A stretch of DNA of 63,992 nt, filler included, from an uncultured bacterium (GTDB lineage Bacteria; CAZSTA01): NCBI GenBank assembly GCA_964609495.1. It is 4 parts of 4 records of this genome, joined end to end, with 100 filler letters (N's around TTAATTAATTAA, not from the genome) between each part and the next. Parts side by side here need not be neighbours in the genome. Positions count along the whole stretch, not along the records: positions 36,265 to 53,750 come from CAZSTA010000063.1; 3 more parts are not named here. One strand, 5' to 3'. Shown here piece by piece: positions 36,773 through 46,154 of the stretch; position 1 is the stretch's first letter, and every line of letters starts with the position of its first letter. A program made the translations under genes and the position numbers. The notes beneath the pieces are model-generated. The model ran no database searches and had not been told where the DNA came from. It saw only the letters and a list, made by a program, of their open reading frames with translations.

Positions 36773-39277
36773 ATGACTAAAACAAGATTTATATTATTAT
36801 TGGCTTTTTTGCTCTGCTTTATATTGACAATATCAGGACAAGCTCGAGGAAGTAAAAAAGAGGCTGATGAGCTAAAAGAGAAGGGACTGGAAGCTTACTA
36901 TAGGGGTGATTTTAGAGAGGCTTTAGGATATTATCAGCAAGCATTAGCGATAAGTAGTCTTTTATGGTTTTGTTCCGGTTTCTATTATACTCTTACCAAT
37001 ATAGGATTGGTATATCATAATTTAGGGGAATATGAGAAGGCTTTAGGATATTATCAGCAAGCCTTAGCGATAGCTCGAGAGATAGGTAATAAGGGAGGGG
37101 AGGGAACGTCTTTAGACAATATAGGAGTGGTATATGAGAATTTAGGGGAATATGAGAAGGCTTTAGGATATTATCAGCAAGCCTTAGCGATAAGGAGAGA
37201 GATAGAGGATAGGAGTGGAGAGGATAATACTCTTAACCATATAGGAGTGGTATATAGTAATTTAGGGGAATATGAGAAGGCTTTAGGATATCATCAGCAA
37301 GCCTTAGCGATAGCTCGAGAGATAGGTAATAGAAGAGGAGAGGGAATGGATCTTAACAGTATAGGAGTGGTATATAAGAATTTAGGGGAATACGAGAAGG
37401 CTTTGCAGTATTATCAGCAATCGCTGGAGATAGCTCAAGAGATAGGGGTTAGGAGAGGAGAGGGTAATACTTTTACTAGTATAGGAGTGGTATATAGGAA
37501 TTTAGGGGAATACGAGAAGGCTTTGCAGTATTATCAGCAAGCCTTAGAAGTCCTAGCAAAAGTTGAGATCGGTGCTCCCGAACCCCTCTGGCGAGCTCAA
37601 TATGGTAAAGGCACTTCCCTGGAAGGGTTAGGCCGGGAAAAGGAAGCCAGGGAAAGTTATATCCAAGCTATAGAGACTATCGAGACTATGCGGGGAAAGT
37701 TGAAAGTAGAGGAACATAAAACTATCTTCCTGGAAGATAAGCTCTTCGTCTATGAAGCTCTCATCAACTTACTCCTAAAGATGAAACAAGAGGAAGAAGA
37801 TAAAGATCATGGTATCGAAGCTTTCCACTATGTAGAGAGGAAGAGAGCTAGAGCGCTTCTTGATCTTCTAACGGAAGCTAAAGCTGATATCAGGGAGGGG
37901 ATAGCAGATGAACTGCGGGAGAGAGAGAAGGAATTGCTAGCTAGAGTATCTTGGATACAGACGAGAGCCAGGACTGAGGAGATATCTGAGGAGGAGAGGA
38001 ACAAGCTAAGTCAGGAGTTAAGGGAGATAGATGAGAAATTCGAGGAGTTGCAAGATGAGATAAGAGCTAGCAATCCTAGATATGCTGAGTTGGAGTATCC
38101 CGAACCTTATACCCTCTCTCAGGTGCAAGGGATGTTAGATGAGGACACTATCCTCCTCGAATATCATCTGGGAAGAGAAAAATCTGCTGTCTGGGTGATA
38201 ACTAAAGATGAGAGCGAAGTCTATAGTGATCTACCAGCTAGTAGGGAGTTGACAGAGCAAGTGATGAGATATCGCAGACTTCTTTTCCTGGAGAAGATGA
38301 AAGAGGATGAGAAGCAAGAGTGCTTCCACTTAGGCTCTCTTCTCTATCAGAAGCTCATCCTTCCCCTTAAAGATAAGTTAGCTCCCGATAAGAGGTTGCT
38401 TATCATTCCTGATGGCATTCTTTACTACCTGCCTTTCGAGACCCTCCTTGCTTATGAAGGGGATATAGAGGAAGCAGAAGTTCCCGAGAGATCGGAGGAT
38501 TTCCCTTACTTGCTAAAGGATTATTCGATCTTCTATTCCTCTTCTGCTTCGGTGCTAGGGACGATTAGAGAGGAAGAGATCGGGAGAGCTGAGGAAAGGG
38601 TGGGGAAGACTCAAGGGCAATTTCTTGGCTTCGGAGATCCTGTCTATCCTGAGGTAAAGAAGGGAGAGAGAGGAGTCTGGGAGGAGGTATATCTAAGGAG
38701 TGGGGGTGAACTGGGACGCTTAATCTATTCGGGAAAGGAAGTAATGGATGTAGAAGAGATATACAAATCTCAAGCTAGGGCATACCTGAGAGGAGAAGCG
38801 ACCGAGGAGAGAGTTAAGAGTGAGGAGTTAGATAACTATCGAATAGTGCATTTTGCCACACATGGTTTTGTGGATGAAGAGAAGCCAGAGTTATCCTGTG
38901 TGGTCTTAGCTATAGATGAAGATCCCGCTGAGGATGGCTTCTTACAGCTCAGAGAGGTCTTCAATCTCAAATTAGATGCGGATTTAGTGACTTTATCAGC
39001 TTGTCAAAGCGGATTAGGGAAGATGGTAAGGGGAGAGGGATTAGTAGGCTTGACGAGGGGATTTATGTATGCGGGAACATCATCTTTGTTAGTGAGTCTA
39101 TGGAGTGTGTATGATAAGTCAACCGCGGAGTTGATGAGGAAGTTCTACACCTATTATAGAGAAGGGATGACAAAGATAGAGGCACTGCGATCCGCAAAGC
39201 TAGATATGGTTAGAGAGGGTATATACTCAAGTCCAGCAAAGTGGGCCCCCTTTGTGCTTATGGGCGAATGGAAATAA
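36773..39277 (+). CDS. Exported TPR-repeat and CHAT (caspase-like) domain protein
   Basis: Signal peptide; 40-aa TPR units; IIPDGILYYLPFE, VHFATHG (His), LSACQSG (Cys), SLWSV.D, WAPFVLMG. Confidence 0.92.
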   Translation: MTKTRFILLLAFLLCFILTISGQARGSKKEADELKEKGLEAYYRGDFREALGYYQQALAISSLLWFCSGFYYTLTNIGLVYHNLGEYEKALGYYQQALAIAREIGNKGGEGTSLDNIGVVYENLGEYEKALGYYQQALAIRREIEDRSGEDNTLNHIGVVYSNLGEYEKALGYHQQALAIAREIGNRRGEGMDLNSIGVVYKNLGEYEKALQYYQQSLEIAQEIGVRRGEGNTFTSIGVVYRNLGEYEKALQYYQQALEVLAKVEIGAPEPLWRAQYGKGTSLEGLGREKEARESYIQAIETIETMRGKLKVEEHKTIFLEDKLFVYEALINLLLKMKQEEEDKDHGIEAFHYVERKRARALLDLLTEAKADIREGIADELREREKELLARVSWIQTRARTEEISEEERNKLSQELREIDEKFEELQDEIRASNPRYAELEYPEPYTLSQVQGMLDEDTILLEYHLGREKSAVWVITKDESEVYSDLPASRELTEQVMRYRRLLFLEKMKEDEKQECFHLGSLLYQKLILPLKDKLAPDKRLLIIPDGILYYLPFETLLAYEGDIEEAEVPERSEDFPYLLKDYSIFYSSSASVLGTIREEEIGRAEERVGKTQGQFLGFGDPVYPEVKKGERGVWEEVYLRSGGELGRLIYSGKEVMDVEEIYKSQARAYLRGEATEERVKSEELDNYRIVHFATHGFVDEEKPELSCVVLAIDEDPAEDGFLQLREVFNLKLDADLVTLSACQSGLGKMVRGEGLVGLTRGFMYAGTSSLLVSLWSVYDKSTAELMRKFYTYYREGMTKIEALRSAKLDMVREGIYSSPAKWAPFVLMGEWK
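36919..37546 (+). repeat. 120-bp tandem repeats encoding TPRs
   Basis: GGCTTTAGGATATTATCAGCAA-like anchors at 36919, 37039, 37159, 37279, 37399 and 37519. Confidence 0.85.
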
Positions 39278-39289
39278 GGAGTGATTTTT

Positions 39290-40657
39290 ATGGATATCGA
39301 GAAACTTAAAGCGATAGTGGGAGAGGATAATATCCTGACCTCTATCGAGGAGCGGATCTGTTATGCTTATGATGCCACGCGTCATAGACACCTGCCTGAT
39401 GCTGTGATTCGACCGGGAAGCACTGAAGAAGTAGCGCAGATCCTCACTTATGCGAATGAGAATGGGATCCCGATAACTCCTCGTGGCGCTGGTACAGGTT
39501 TAAGCGGCGGAACAGTGCCCTTGAAAGGAGGGATCTCACTTGTTATGATTCGGATGAATAAGATATTGGAGATCAACCCTCAGGATCTATATGCCGTTGT
39601 TGAACCAGGAGTGGTCACCTTTGCTCTCGCAACCGAGGTTGATAAACTTGGATTGCTCTATCCTCCTGATCCAGCTAGTCAGAATGTTTCAACGATAGGA
39701 GGGAATGTGGCGGAGAACGCTGGAGGATTGAGGGGATTAAAATATGGAGTAACGAGCGATTATATAATGGGGTTGGAGGTGGTATCTCCTCAAGGTGAGA
39801 TATTCCACACTGGAGCTAAGACGGTAAAGAGCGTTGCTGGTTATGATCTCACCAGCCTATTTGTAGGATCTGAGGGAACGTTGGGAGTGGTCACTAAGAT
39901 TACGGCAAAGCTCATCCCTAAGCCCGAGTATCATAGATCGATGTTGGCGATCTTCGATGATCTTACCGAAGCGGCACGAGCGGTCGCAGAGACGATCGAA
40001 GCGGGAGTCTTTCCCGCAACCATGGAGATAATGGATAAGATCACGATCAACGCGATCGAGGACTTCAAGCAGATCGGACTACCACGACAAGCGGAGGCGA
40101 TCCTTCTAATCGAGACGGATGGTATTAGAGAGGCGGCAGAGAAGGAGGCGGAGAAGATCGCTGCGATCTGCAAACGAAGAGGAGCGATGTCCGTCGAAGT
40201 GGCTAAGGACGATGAGGAGCGCGACCGACTCTGGGAGGGAAGAAGAACTGCCTTATCAGCGTTAGCTAGAGTTAAACCAACTACTATCCTAGAGGATGCT
40301 ACAGTCCCACGCAGTAAATTTCCCGATCTCGTGGATAAAGTTACGGAGATTGCCAAGAAATATAACTTGACTATCGGAACATTCGGTCACGCGGGTGATG
40401 GTAATCTGCACCCCACGATCCTGACGGATGCTAGGGATAAAGAGGAGAGCGAAAGGGTGGAGGACACCATCAGGGAGATATTCGACACCGCCCTATCCCT
40501 AGGAGGAACTTTGAGCGGAGAGCATGGCATTGGCTTCACCAAAGCCAAATTCCTCGAATTAGAGGTGGGTCGAGAGGGATTGGAGATGATGAGGAGGATC
40601 AAGAAGGCTATGGATCCAAATAACATCCTAAATCCGGGCAAGATCTTTTTAGAGTGA
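39290..40657 (+). CDS. glcD: FAD-linked 2-hydroxyacid dehydrogenase (GlcD / D-lactate dehydrogenase type)
   Basis: PRGAGTGLSGG, YPPDPAS, ENAGG...KYGVT, GSEGTLG, HAGDGNLHP, SGEHGIG, NPGKIF. Confidence 0.9.
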   Translation: MDIEKLKAIVGEDNILTSIEERICYAYDATRHRHLPDAVIRPGSTEEVAQILTYANENGIPITPRGAGTGLSGGTVPLKGGISLVMIRMNKILEINPQDLYAVVEPGVVTFALATEVDKLGLLYPPDPASQNVSTIGGNVAENAGGLRGLKYGVTSDYIMGLEVVSPQGEIFHTGAKTVKSVAGYDLTSLFVGSEGTLGVVTKITAKLIPKPEYHRSMLAIFDDLTEAARAVAETIEAGVFPATMEIMDKITINAIEDFKQIGLPRQAEAILLIETDGIREAAEKEAEKIAAICKRRGAMSVEVAKDDEERDRLWEGRRTALSALARVKPTTILEDATVPRSKFPDLVDKVTEIAKKYNLTIGTFGHAGDGNLHPTILTDARDKEESERVEDTIREIFDTALSLGGTLSGEHGIGFTKAKFLELEVGREGLEMMRRIKKAMDPNNILNPGKIFLE

Positions 40658-40693
40658 GCAGTTGACTTCGAATAATCAGTGAGGATAAAAACG

Positions 40694-41845
40694 ATGGAAA
40701 AACAATTATTTAAGGATTTAGAGACTGATATTATAAGATGTATGAAGTGCGGCAACTGCCGAGAGGTCTGTCCGGTTTTTATCGAGCTTCAGGGAGAATC
40801 CGCAGTTGCCAGAGGTAAGATAAGCCTAATTGAAGCGGTTGCGGAAGGATTGATAGAGCCTTCGCCGACCTTCATCGATCTGATATTCCAGTGCCTAAAT
40901 TGTGGGGGATGCGCTATCAACTGCCCTAGCGGGGTGGAGCCAGATAAGATGATCCTAGCTGCTAGAGCGGAATTGATCGATAGAGGGATGTCTCCTCCAG
41001 AGCTTCAGGAAAATTTAAGGGAGAACCTATTAAAGGAGAGCAATCCCTTTGGTCTCGCTAGAGGGGAGAGAGCCGATTGGCTCCCAGAGAAGTACCGAAA
41101 ACCAAGACCTAGCGAATATCTATATCATCTAGGATGTATGGTCTCCTACTCCTCCAACCGTATTGCCCGCTCCATCATCAGGATCCTCGATAATATAGAT
41201 TTTGACTTCACCATTATGGGTGATGATGAGACCTGCTGTGGAGATCCTATGTTCCGGGTGGGGGATGTCAAGGGGGGCAAGAGGATGATCGAGGAGAATA
41301 TAAGGAAGTTCGATAAGTATGGAGTAAAAACGATCTTCTCCTCATGCGCTGGATGTATAAATACCTTCCGCGCTCGATATCCAGATAGGTTTAGCTTTAT
41401 ACATATCACTCAACTCTTCGATCAATTGCTCCAAGAGGGTTCGCTCAAATTCAATAAGGGATTGAAGAAGAAGATCATCTACTTCGATGGATGCGATCTA
41501 GGGAGGCATTCGGGAATATTCGAGGAACCGCGTAATGTCCTCAAAGCTATCCCAGGGGTGGAATTGCTCGAATATGATGCTAATCGAGATAATGCCTTCT
41601 GTTGTGGTGGACCCTTTATGGCTGGTTATCCCGATCTCGCTAAGCGCATCGCGGCAAGGAGAATAAGAGAGGCTAAGGAGAAGGGAGCGGAGATGATCGC
41701 TACCAGTTGCCCCACTTGCATGGTCAACTTGAAGGAGGGGGCGAAGGTCGCAGGAATAGAGATGGAGATTATGGACATCCCGATGCTACTTCCCAAACTA
41801 TTAATGAAAGACAGTAAGAAGAGAAGAAAGGGGAATGAGAAATGA
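40694..41845 (+). CDS. HdrD/GlcF-like Fe-S protein (two 4Fe-4S motifs and two CCG domains)
   Basis: CMKCGNCREVCP, CLNCGGCAINCP; GC...TCCG...CAGC; GCDLGR...CCGG...CPTC. Confidence 0.88.
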   Translation: MEKQLFKDLETDIIRCMKCGNCREVCPVFIELQGESAVARGKISLIEAVAEGLIEPSPTFIDLIFQCLNCGGCAINCPSGVEPDKMILAARAELIDRGMSPPELQENLRENLLKESNPFGLARGERADWLPEKYRKPRPSEYLYHLGCMVSYSSNRIARSIIRILDNIDFDFTIMGDDETCCGDPMFRVGDVKGGKRMIEENIRKFDKYGVKTIFSSCAGCINTFRARYPDRFSFIHITQLFDQLLQEGSLKFNKGLKKKIIYFDGCDLGRHSGIFEEPRNVLKAIPGVELLEYDANRDNAFCCGGPFMAGYPDLAKRIAARRIREAKEKGAEMIATSCPTCMVNLKEGAKVAGIEMEIMDIPMLLPKLLMKDSKKRRKGNEK

Positions 41846-42894
41846 AGTTACTCAATCCAGCGGACGATCTGCCCGGCCAAGATTCTATGCTGATATTTCA
41901 TGCTATGGCTTATCTTGGTAGAGAGGCATTAATACTAGTTTCCCCCGCTTCCCCGATAGCGAGTATCGGTTACTTCCAAGATACCAACAAGGTGTTGGAT
42001 CTAGACTACTGTCGGGCTCATAACATTCCCGTTATGCGCCGAGAGATTGGAGGAGGAACTACTTATCTCGACTCTGACCAGATCTTCTATCAGGTAGTTT
42101 TGAAGAAGGATAATCCCCTGGTCCCAAGGAGGATAGCCGATATCTATAGTAAGTTCTCCCATCCTTCAATTGAAACCTATAAAGCATTTGGGATCGAGGC
42201 TTCTTTAAGACCGATCAATGATATCGTAACTGCTGGGGGGAAGAAGATCGCTGGAGAGGGTGGAGCGGATATCGGTGATTATATAGCCTTTGTGGGAGGT
42301 ATCTTGCTCGATTTCAATTACCAGGCTATGAGCAAGATACTGAAGGTCCCTAGCGAGAAGTTCAGGGATAAGGTATATAAGAGTATGGAAGAGAACTTGA
42401 CCACGATGAAGAGGGAGTTAGGATATAAGCCCTCTAAAGATGAGGTTAAGAAGGTCCTTATCTCTAAATTCGAGGAGATTCTAGGTCCACTCGAACCAAT
42501 GGAGATCGACGATGAGTTATCCGCTAAGATGAGAGAGTTGGAGAGACGATTTACCTCCGAGGAGTTTCTCTTCCGTAAAGGTAAAGCAACACCCGATCAG
42601 GTGAGGATAGCCGAGGGAGTAAATATCCAGCAGAGGAATTACAAAGCTCAGGGAGGGCTGATCACAACCGTAGTTGAGAGCAAAAACGAAACGATCAATG
42701 ATATCTCACTCTCCGGAGATTTAACCTTCTACCCTAAGGAGAAGCTAGCCGATTTAGAGGAAGCTCTCTTGGGGATCAAGCTAAATCGGGATGATATCAT
42801 AAGGAGAGTTGAGAGTTTCTATGAGGAAGAGCAAGCTCAGTCTCCAGGAGTGTCGGCAGAGGATATAGCTGAGGCTATAGTAGGGGAGCAGTAG
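41842..42894 (+). CDS. lplA: Lipoate-protein ligase (catalytic domain plus C-terminal accessory domain)
   Basis: SIGYFQ, RREIGGGTTYLD, NDI...KKIAG, C-terminal YKAQGGLI...SGDLTFYP; ATGA-coupled to the upstream gene. Confidence 0.88.
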   Translation: MKLLNPADDLPGQDSMLIFHAMAYLGREALILVSPASPIASIGYFQDTNKVLDLDYCRAHNIPVMRREIGGGTTYLDSDQIFYQVVLKKDNPLVPRRIADIYSKFSHPSIETYKAFGIEASLRPINDIVTAGGKKIAGEGGADIGDYIAFVGGILLDFNYQAMSKILKVPSEKFRDKVYKSMEENLTTMKRELGYKPSKDEVKKVLISKFEEILGPLEPMEIDDELSAKMRELERRFTSEEFLFRKGKATPDQVRIAEGVNIQQRNYKAQGGLITTVVESKNETINDISLSGDLTFYPKEKLADLEEALLGIKLNRDDIIRRVESFYEEEQAQSPGVSAEDIAEAIVGEQ

Positions 42895-43011
42895 ATCACT
42901 GCTCTCTATTTTTTGAAATCCCGAATATGAAACAAATTATAGATGATTTGAGGAACGATATAGTATTGCAATATGCTCAAGTTAACTATGTTAAGAATTC
43001 CACAAAATTGA

Positions 43012-43040
43012 TTGACAAAATTGCTGTAGTTGGTTATAAT
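43012..43040 (+). promoter_or_regulatory. Consensus sigma70 promoter of hdrC
   Basis: TTGACA-N17-TATAAT. Confidence 0.8.
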
Positions 43041-43100
43041 GGATAGGGTTGAGAAATTAGAGCTGAAATGTTTAAATAAAGTTTCTAGGAGGCGATGAGG

Positions 43101-43613
43101 TTGGCGGAAGAAACCAAAGATGATTATACTCTGGTGAGCGAGTTAGACCCGAACTTCAAATATGAGATCGCCGAAGAGCCAGGAGGAGAGAACATAAAGT
43201 TCTGTTTCCAATGTGGCACTTGCACCGCAAGCTGTCCCGTGAGGGAGATCGATGAGAAATTCAATCCTCGCAAGATAATCAGAATGGCTCTCTTAGGGAT
43301 GAGAGATAGAGTCCTATCAAGCGAATTCGTCTGGCTGTGTTCGACGTGCTATAGCTGTCAGGAGCGCTGTCCTCAGAATATAAAGATTACGGATCTAATG
43401 AGTGTTTTAAAGAACATGGCGGTTAAAGCTGGATATACTTTACCCGCTTTCAAATTTCAGGTAGATCTTTTAGAGGAGCATGGGCGCCTTTACGAGATAG
43501 ATGAATTTGATAATAAGAAGAGGAATAGAGCTGGACTTCCCCCGATAAATCTGAAGTGCGATGAGGTAGGGGAGATAATCAGGATGACCGGTTTAAGCGA
43601 TGATGTAAAATAA
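43101..43613 (+). CDS. hdrC: Heterodisulfide reductase subunit C
   Basis: CFQCGTCTASCP, PRKIIR...G, WLCSTCYSCQERCP; TTG 43101 is best spaced from AGGAGG (ORF track starts at 43095). Confidence 0.93.
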   Translation: MAEETKDDYTLVSELDPNFKYEIAEEPGGENIKFCFQCGTCTASCPVREIDEKFNPRKIIRMALLGMRDRVLSSEFVWLCSTCYSCQERCPQNIKITDLMSVLKNMAVKAGYTLPAFKFQVDLLEEHGRLYEIDEFDNKKRNRAGLPPINLKCDEVGEIIRMTGLSDDVK

Positions 43614-43629
43614 TCACACAATCCTAGAG

Positions 43630-43669
43630 GTCAACAACCCCTACTACAAGAGTAGGGGTTTCTGCCGAC
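43630..43669. repeat. Short hairpin resembling an IS200/IS605-type end
   Basis: GTCAAC-AACCCCTACT-ACAAG-AGTAGGGGTT-TCTGCCGAC. Confidence 0.4.
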
Positions 43670-43692
43670 TAGTTTCTTATGAAGGGGAGAGA

Positions 43693-44568
43693 ATGATGAA
43701 ATACGCTTTATTCTTAGGCTGCACAGTTCCCGCTAGAGCGAGAAATTATGAGATGTCCTCGAGGAAGGTAGCTGAGGCTCTAGGCGTGGAGTTAGTCGAT
43801 ATTCCGGAGTTTGGTTGTTGTGGATTTCCTTTAAGAGGATTGAATCAAGAGACCACGATGCTTCTTGCCGCTAGGAATCTAGCCTTAGCTGAAGAGCAAG
43901 GATTAAATATAACTACTCTCTGTAGCGGTTGCGCCTCTATCCTCTCGGAATATAATAAAGAGCTAAAGGAAGATGAAGAGCTAAGGGAGGAGGTAAATAA
44001 GAAGCTGGCAAAGATGAATAAGCGTTACGATGGAGGAATTGAGGTCAAGCATTTTGCTCGAGTTCTATATGAAGATGTGGGGTTAGAGAAGATAAGGGCA
44101 GAGGTAAAGCGAGATCTTTCCGCCTGGAAGCTGGCTTCCTATTATGGTTGTCATTATCTAAAGCCCTCCGAGGCTCACGATGGATTCGATGATCCTGAGA
44201 ATCCGAAATCCTTAGAAAGATTAGTGGAGGCGGCTGGGGCTATCCCCGTTTATTACGCGGAGCGAAGACATTGCTGTGGTGGGGCTATATTCGCTATAAA
44301 TGGCGATCTCGCCTACTCTATGTCTAAGCAGACTTTGGACAGCGTGAAGGAATCTGGCGCTGATGCTATGAACTTGATTTGCCAATTCTGTAGCAATATG
44401 TATGATGATAACCAAAGGCAGATCGAGGCTAAGTTCGAGGTAAGCTATAAAATACCAGTCCTCTTTTATCCTCAGGTATTGGGATTAGCTTTGGGGATGG
44501 ATCCAAAAGAGCTGGGATTAAATATGAATAAGGTGAAGACCAAGGATCTTCTAGCGAAGTTGGATTAA
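43693..44568 (+). CDS. hdrB: Heterodisulfide reductase subunit B
   Basis: FLGC, GCCG, AARNLALAE, CSGC, YYGCHYLKP, DDPENP, CCGG, CQFC, PQVLGLALG. Confidence 0.95.
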   Translation: MMKYALFLGCTVPARARNYEMSSRKVAEALGVELVDIPEFGCCGFPLRGLNQETTMLLAARNLALAEEQGLNITTLCSGCASILSEYNKELKEDEELREEVNKKLAKMNKRYDGGIEVKHFARVLYEDVGLEKIRAEVKRDLSAWKLASYYGCHYLKPSEAHDGFDDPENPKSLERLVEAAGAIPVYYAERRHCCGGAIFAINGDLAYSMSKQTLDSVKESGADAMNLICQFCSNMYDDNQRQIEAKFEVSYKIPVLFYPQVLGLALGMDPKELGLNMNKVKTKDLLAKLD

Positions 44569-44644
44569 GGGCGAGCCAGCTTATCCAAAAGCGATAAAGA
44601 GCATAGAAAGAGGTTAATCATTTCGTGGAAAGGAGGGATTGAGG

Positions 44645-45100
44645 ATGCTAAGAGAATTTAAAGAGTTTGCTATGCGGGGCAACGTAGTTGACATGGCCGT
44701 CGGAATCATTATTGGTGCGGCCTTCGGCACGATCGTCAGCTCACTGGTCTCCGATATCATCATGCCACCTATTGGCTTGCTATTGGGCAACGTTGATTTC
44801 TCCAATCTTTTCATAGTGCTAAAAGCAGGCACGCCCACAGGACCTTACACCTCCCTTGCCGACGCTCAGGCAGCCAGTGCGGTTACCCTCAACTACGGTG
44901 CATTCGTGAATACGATCATTAGCTTCCTAATAGTCGCCTTTGCGGTATTTCTTCTCATCCGTGGTATCAACAGGCTTAAGCGACAAGAGGAAGCTCCGCC
45001 AGCCGAACCCACAACCAAGGAGTGCCCATATTGCCTGACTACTATTCCACTCAAAGCCACACGTTGCCCAAACTGCACTTCTAAGTTAGAGGCGGCGTAA
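44645..45100 (+). CDS. mscL: Large-conductance mechanosensitive channel with C-terminal zinc ribbon
   Basis: [30 protein letters not shown]-terminal KECPYC...ATRCPNCTS. Confidence 0.95.
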   Translation: MLREFKEFAMRGNVVDMAVGIIIGAAFGTIVSSLVSDIIMPPIGLLLGNVDFSNLFIVLKAGTPTGPYTSLADAQAASAVTLNYGAFVNTIISFLIVAFAVFLLIRGINRLKRQEEAPPAEPTTKECPYCLTTIPLKATRCPNCTSKLEAA

Positions 45101-45140
45101 AGCTATCGGTGCTCACGGAGCCAGAGAATACGTCCACATT

Positions 45141-45265
45141 GGCTAACACGCCGTTGGTGGCTTCGCCAAAACCCGCCGCTTGGGGTTCGACAAAGGCCAT
45201 TTACCATTGAGGCGTCGCAGTGGGCGAGAGGTGACTCACCAGCGAAAGCACAGCAGGCTTTGGCA
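45141..45265 (+). other. Degenerate integron attC-like imperfect hairpin
   Basis: GGCTAAC-ACGCCGTTGGTGGCTTCGC ... GCGAAAGCACAGCAGGC-TTTGGCA; the right box lacks the G of GTT. Confidence 0.4.
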
Positions 45266-45298
45266 GGCATAACTTCATTACTTTAGAAAGGATTTATA

Positions 45299-46123
45299 AT
45301 GAAGGCTAATGCAAGCTCTAGCTATGGCTATGAAAATTGCCCCGAAGAACTTAAGCTCATATTGGATAAAATGGTAGAAGGTTTCAGAAATATTCTGCAA
45401 GATGATTTAGTAGGGATTTACCTACACGGCTCATTAGCTATGGGATGCTTTAACCCTAAATCTAGTGATATCGATTTTCTCGTCATTGTAAAAGATAAGT
45501 TGGAGGTCGAAACCAAGAGAAAAATTATTGACGTTATTCTACAACTTTCACGATCAAAATATATGCCTGAGAAAGATTTTGAATTTAGCGTTATCTTGCA
45601 GAAATATTTGGAGCCCTTCATCTATCCAACTCCCTTTGAACTCCATTACTCAAAAATGTGGAAAAGAGATTATGAACTGGACAAGGTGGATTATACAAAG
45701 CAAGATGATGATCCTGATTTAGCGGCCCATATTACCATTACCTTGAATAGAGGTATTTCCTTATATGGCAAGCTAATAGAGGAAGTATTTCATCCGGTTC
45801 CTGAGGAGTATTATATTAGTTCACTGATCTATGATGTAGAGGATATCCCAGACAATATAACCAAAGATCCTGTTTATGGTATCCTTAATATGTGTAGAGT
45901 CCTTTACTATTTGAGAGAAAAAGTCATCTTTTCTAAAGATGAAGCCGCCGTCTGGGCTCTTGAGAATCTACCAGAGAAATTCAAGGATCCAGTTAAGCAA
46001 GCTATTTTACTATATAGAGGAGTAATTGACGAGGTAGAATGGGATAAAAAAGAACTTGTGGAATTTTCTGATTACATGATGGAGAAGATAAATAGAGTCC
46101 GAGCCGCTCTCTCTAAATCATAA
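45299..46123 (+). CDS. Aminoglycoside adenylyltransferase-like nucleotidyltransferase (AadA/ANT, DUF4111)
   Basis: GIYLHGSLAMG.F.P..SDIDFLV, DPDLAAH, YGILNMCR.LYY, SKDEAA.WAL. Confidence 0.85.
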   Translation: MKANASSSYGYENCPEELKLILDKMVEGFRNILQDDLVGIYLHGSLAMGCFNPKSSDIDFLVIVKDKLEVETKRKIIDVILQLSRSKYMPEKDFEFSVILQKYLEPFIYPTPFELHYSKMWKRDYELDKVDYTKQDDDPDLAAHITITLNRGISLYGKLIEEVFHPVPEEYYISSLIYDVEDIPDNITKDPVYGILNMCRVLYYLREKVIFSKDEAAVWALENLPEKFKDPVKQAILLYRGVIDEVEWDKKELVEFSDYMMEKINRVRAALSKS

Positions 46124-46154
46124 CAAAATCGAAAAAAGGAGAGGAAAAAGATAA

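Noticed and set aside
36919-37546. Regular 120-bp repeats as a CRISPR array or DGR template/variable repeat pair
   Set aside because: They are in-frame TPR coding repeats; no cas or reverse transcriptase gene is present and differences are not adenine-specific.
45299-46123. Confirmed aminoglycoside resistance gene
   Set aside because: Family motifs are present, but substrate and activity cannot be inferred from sequence alone.
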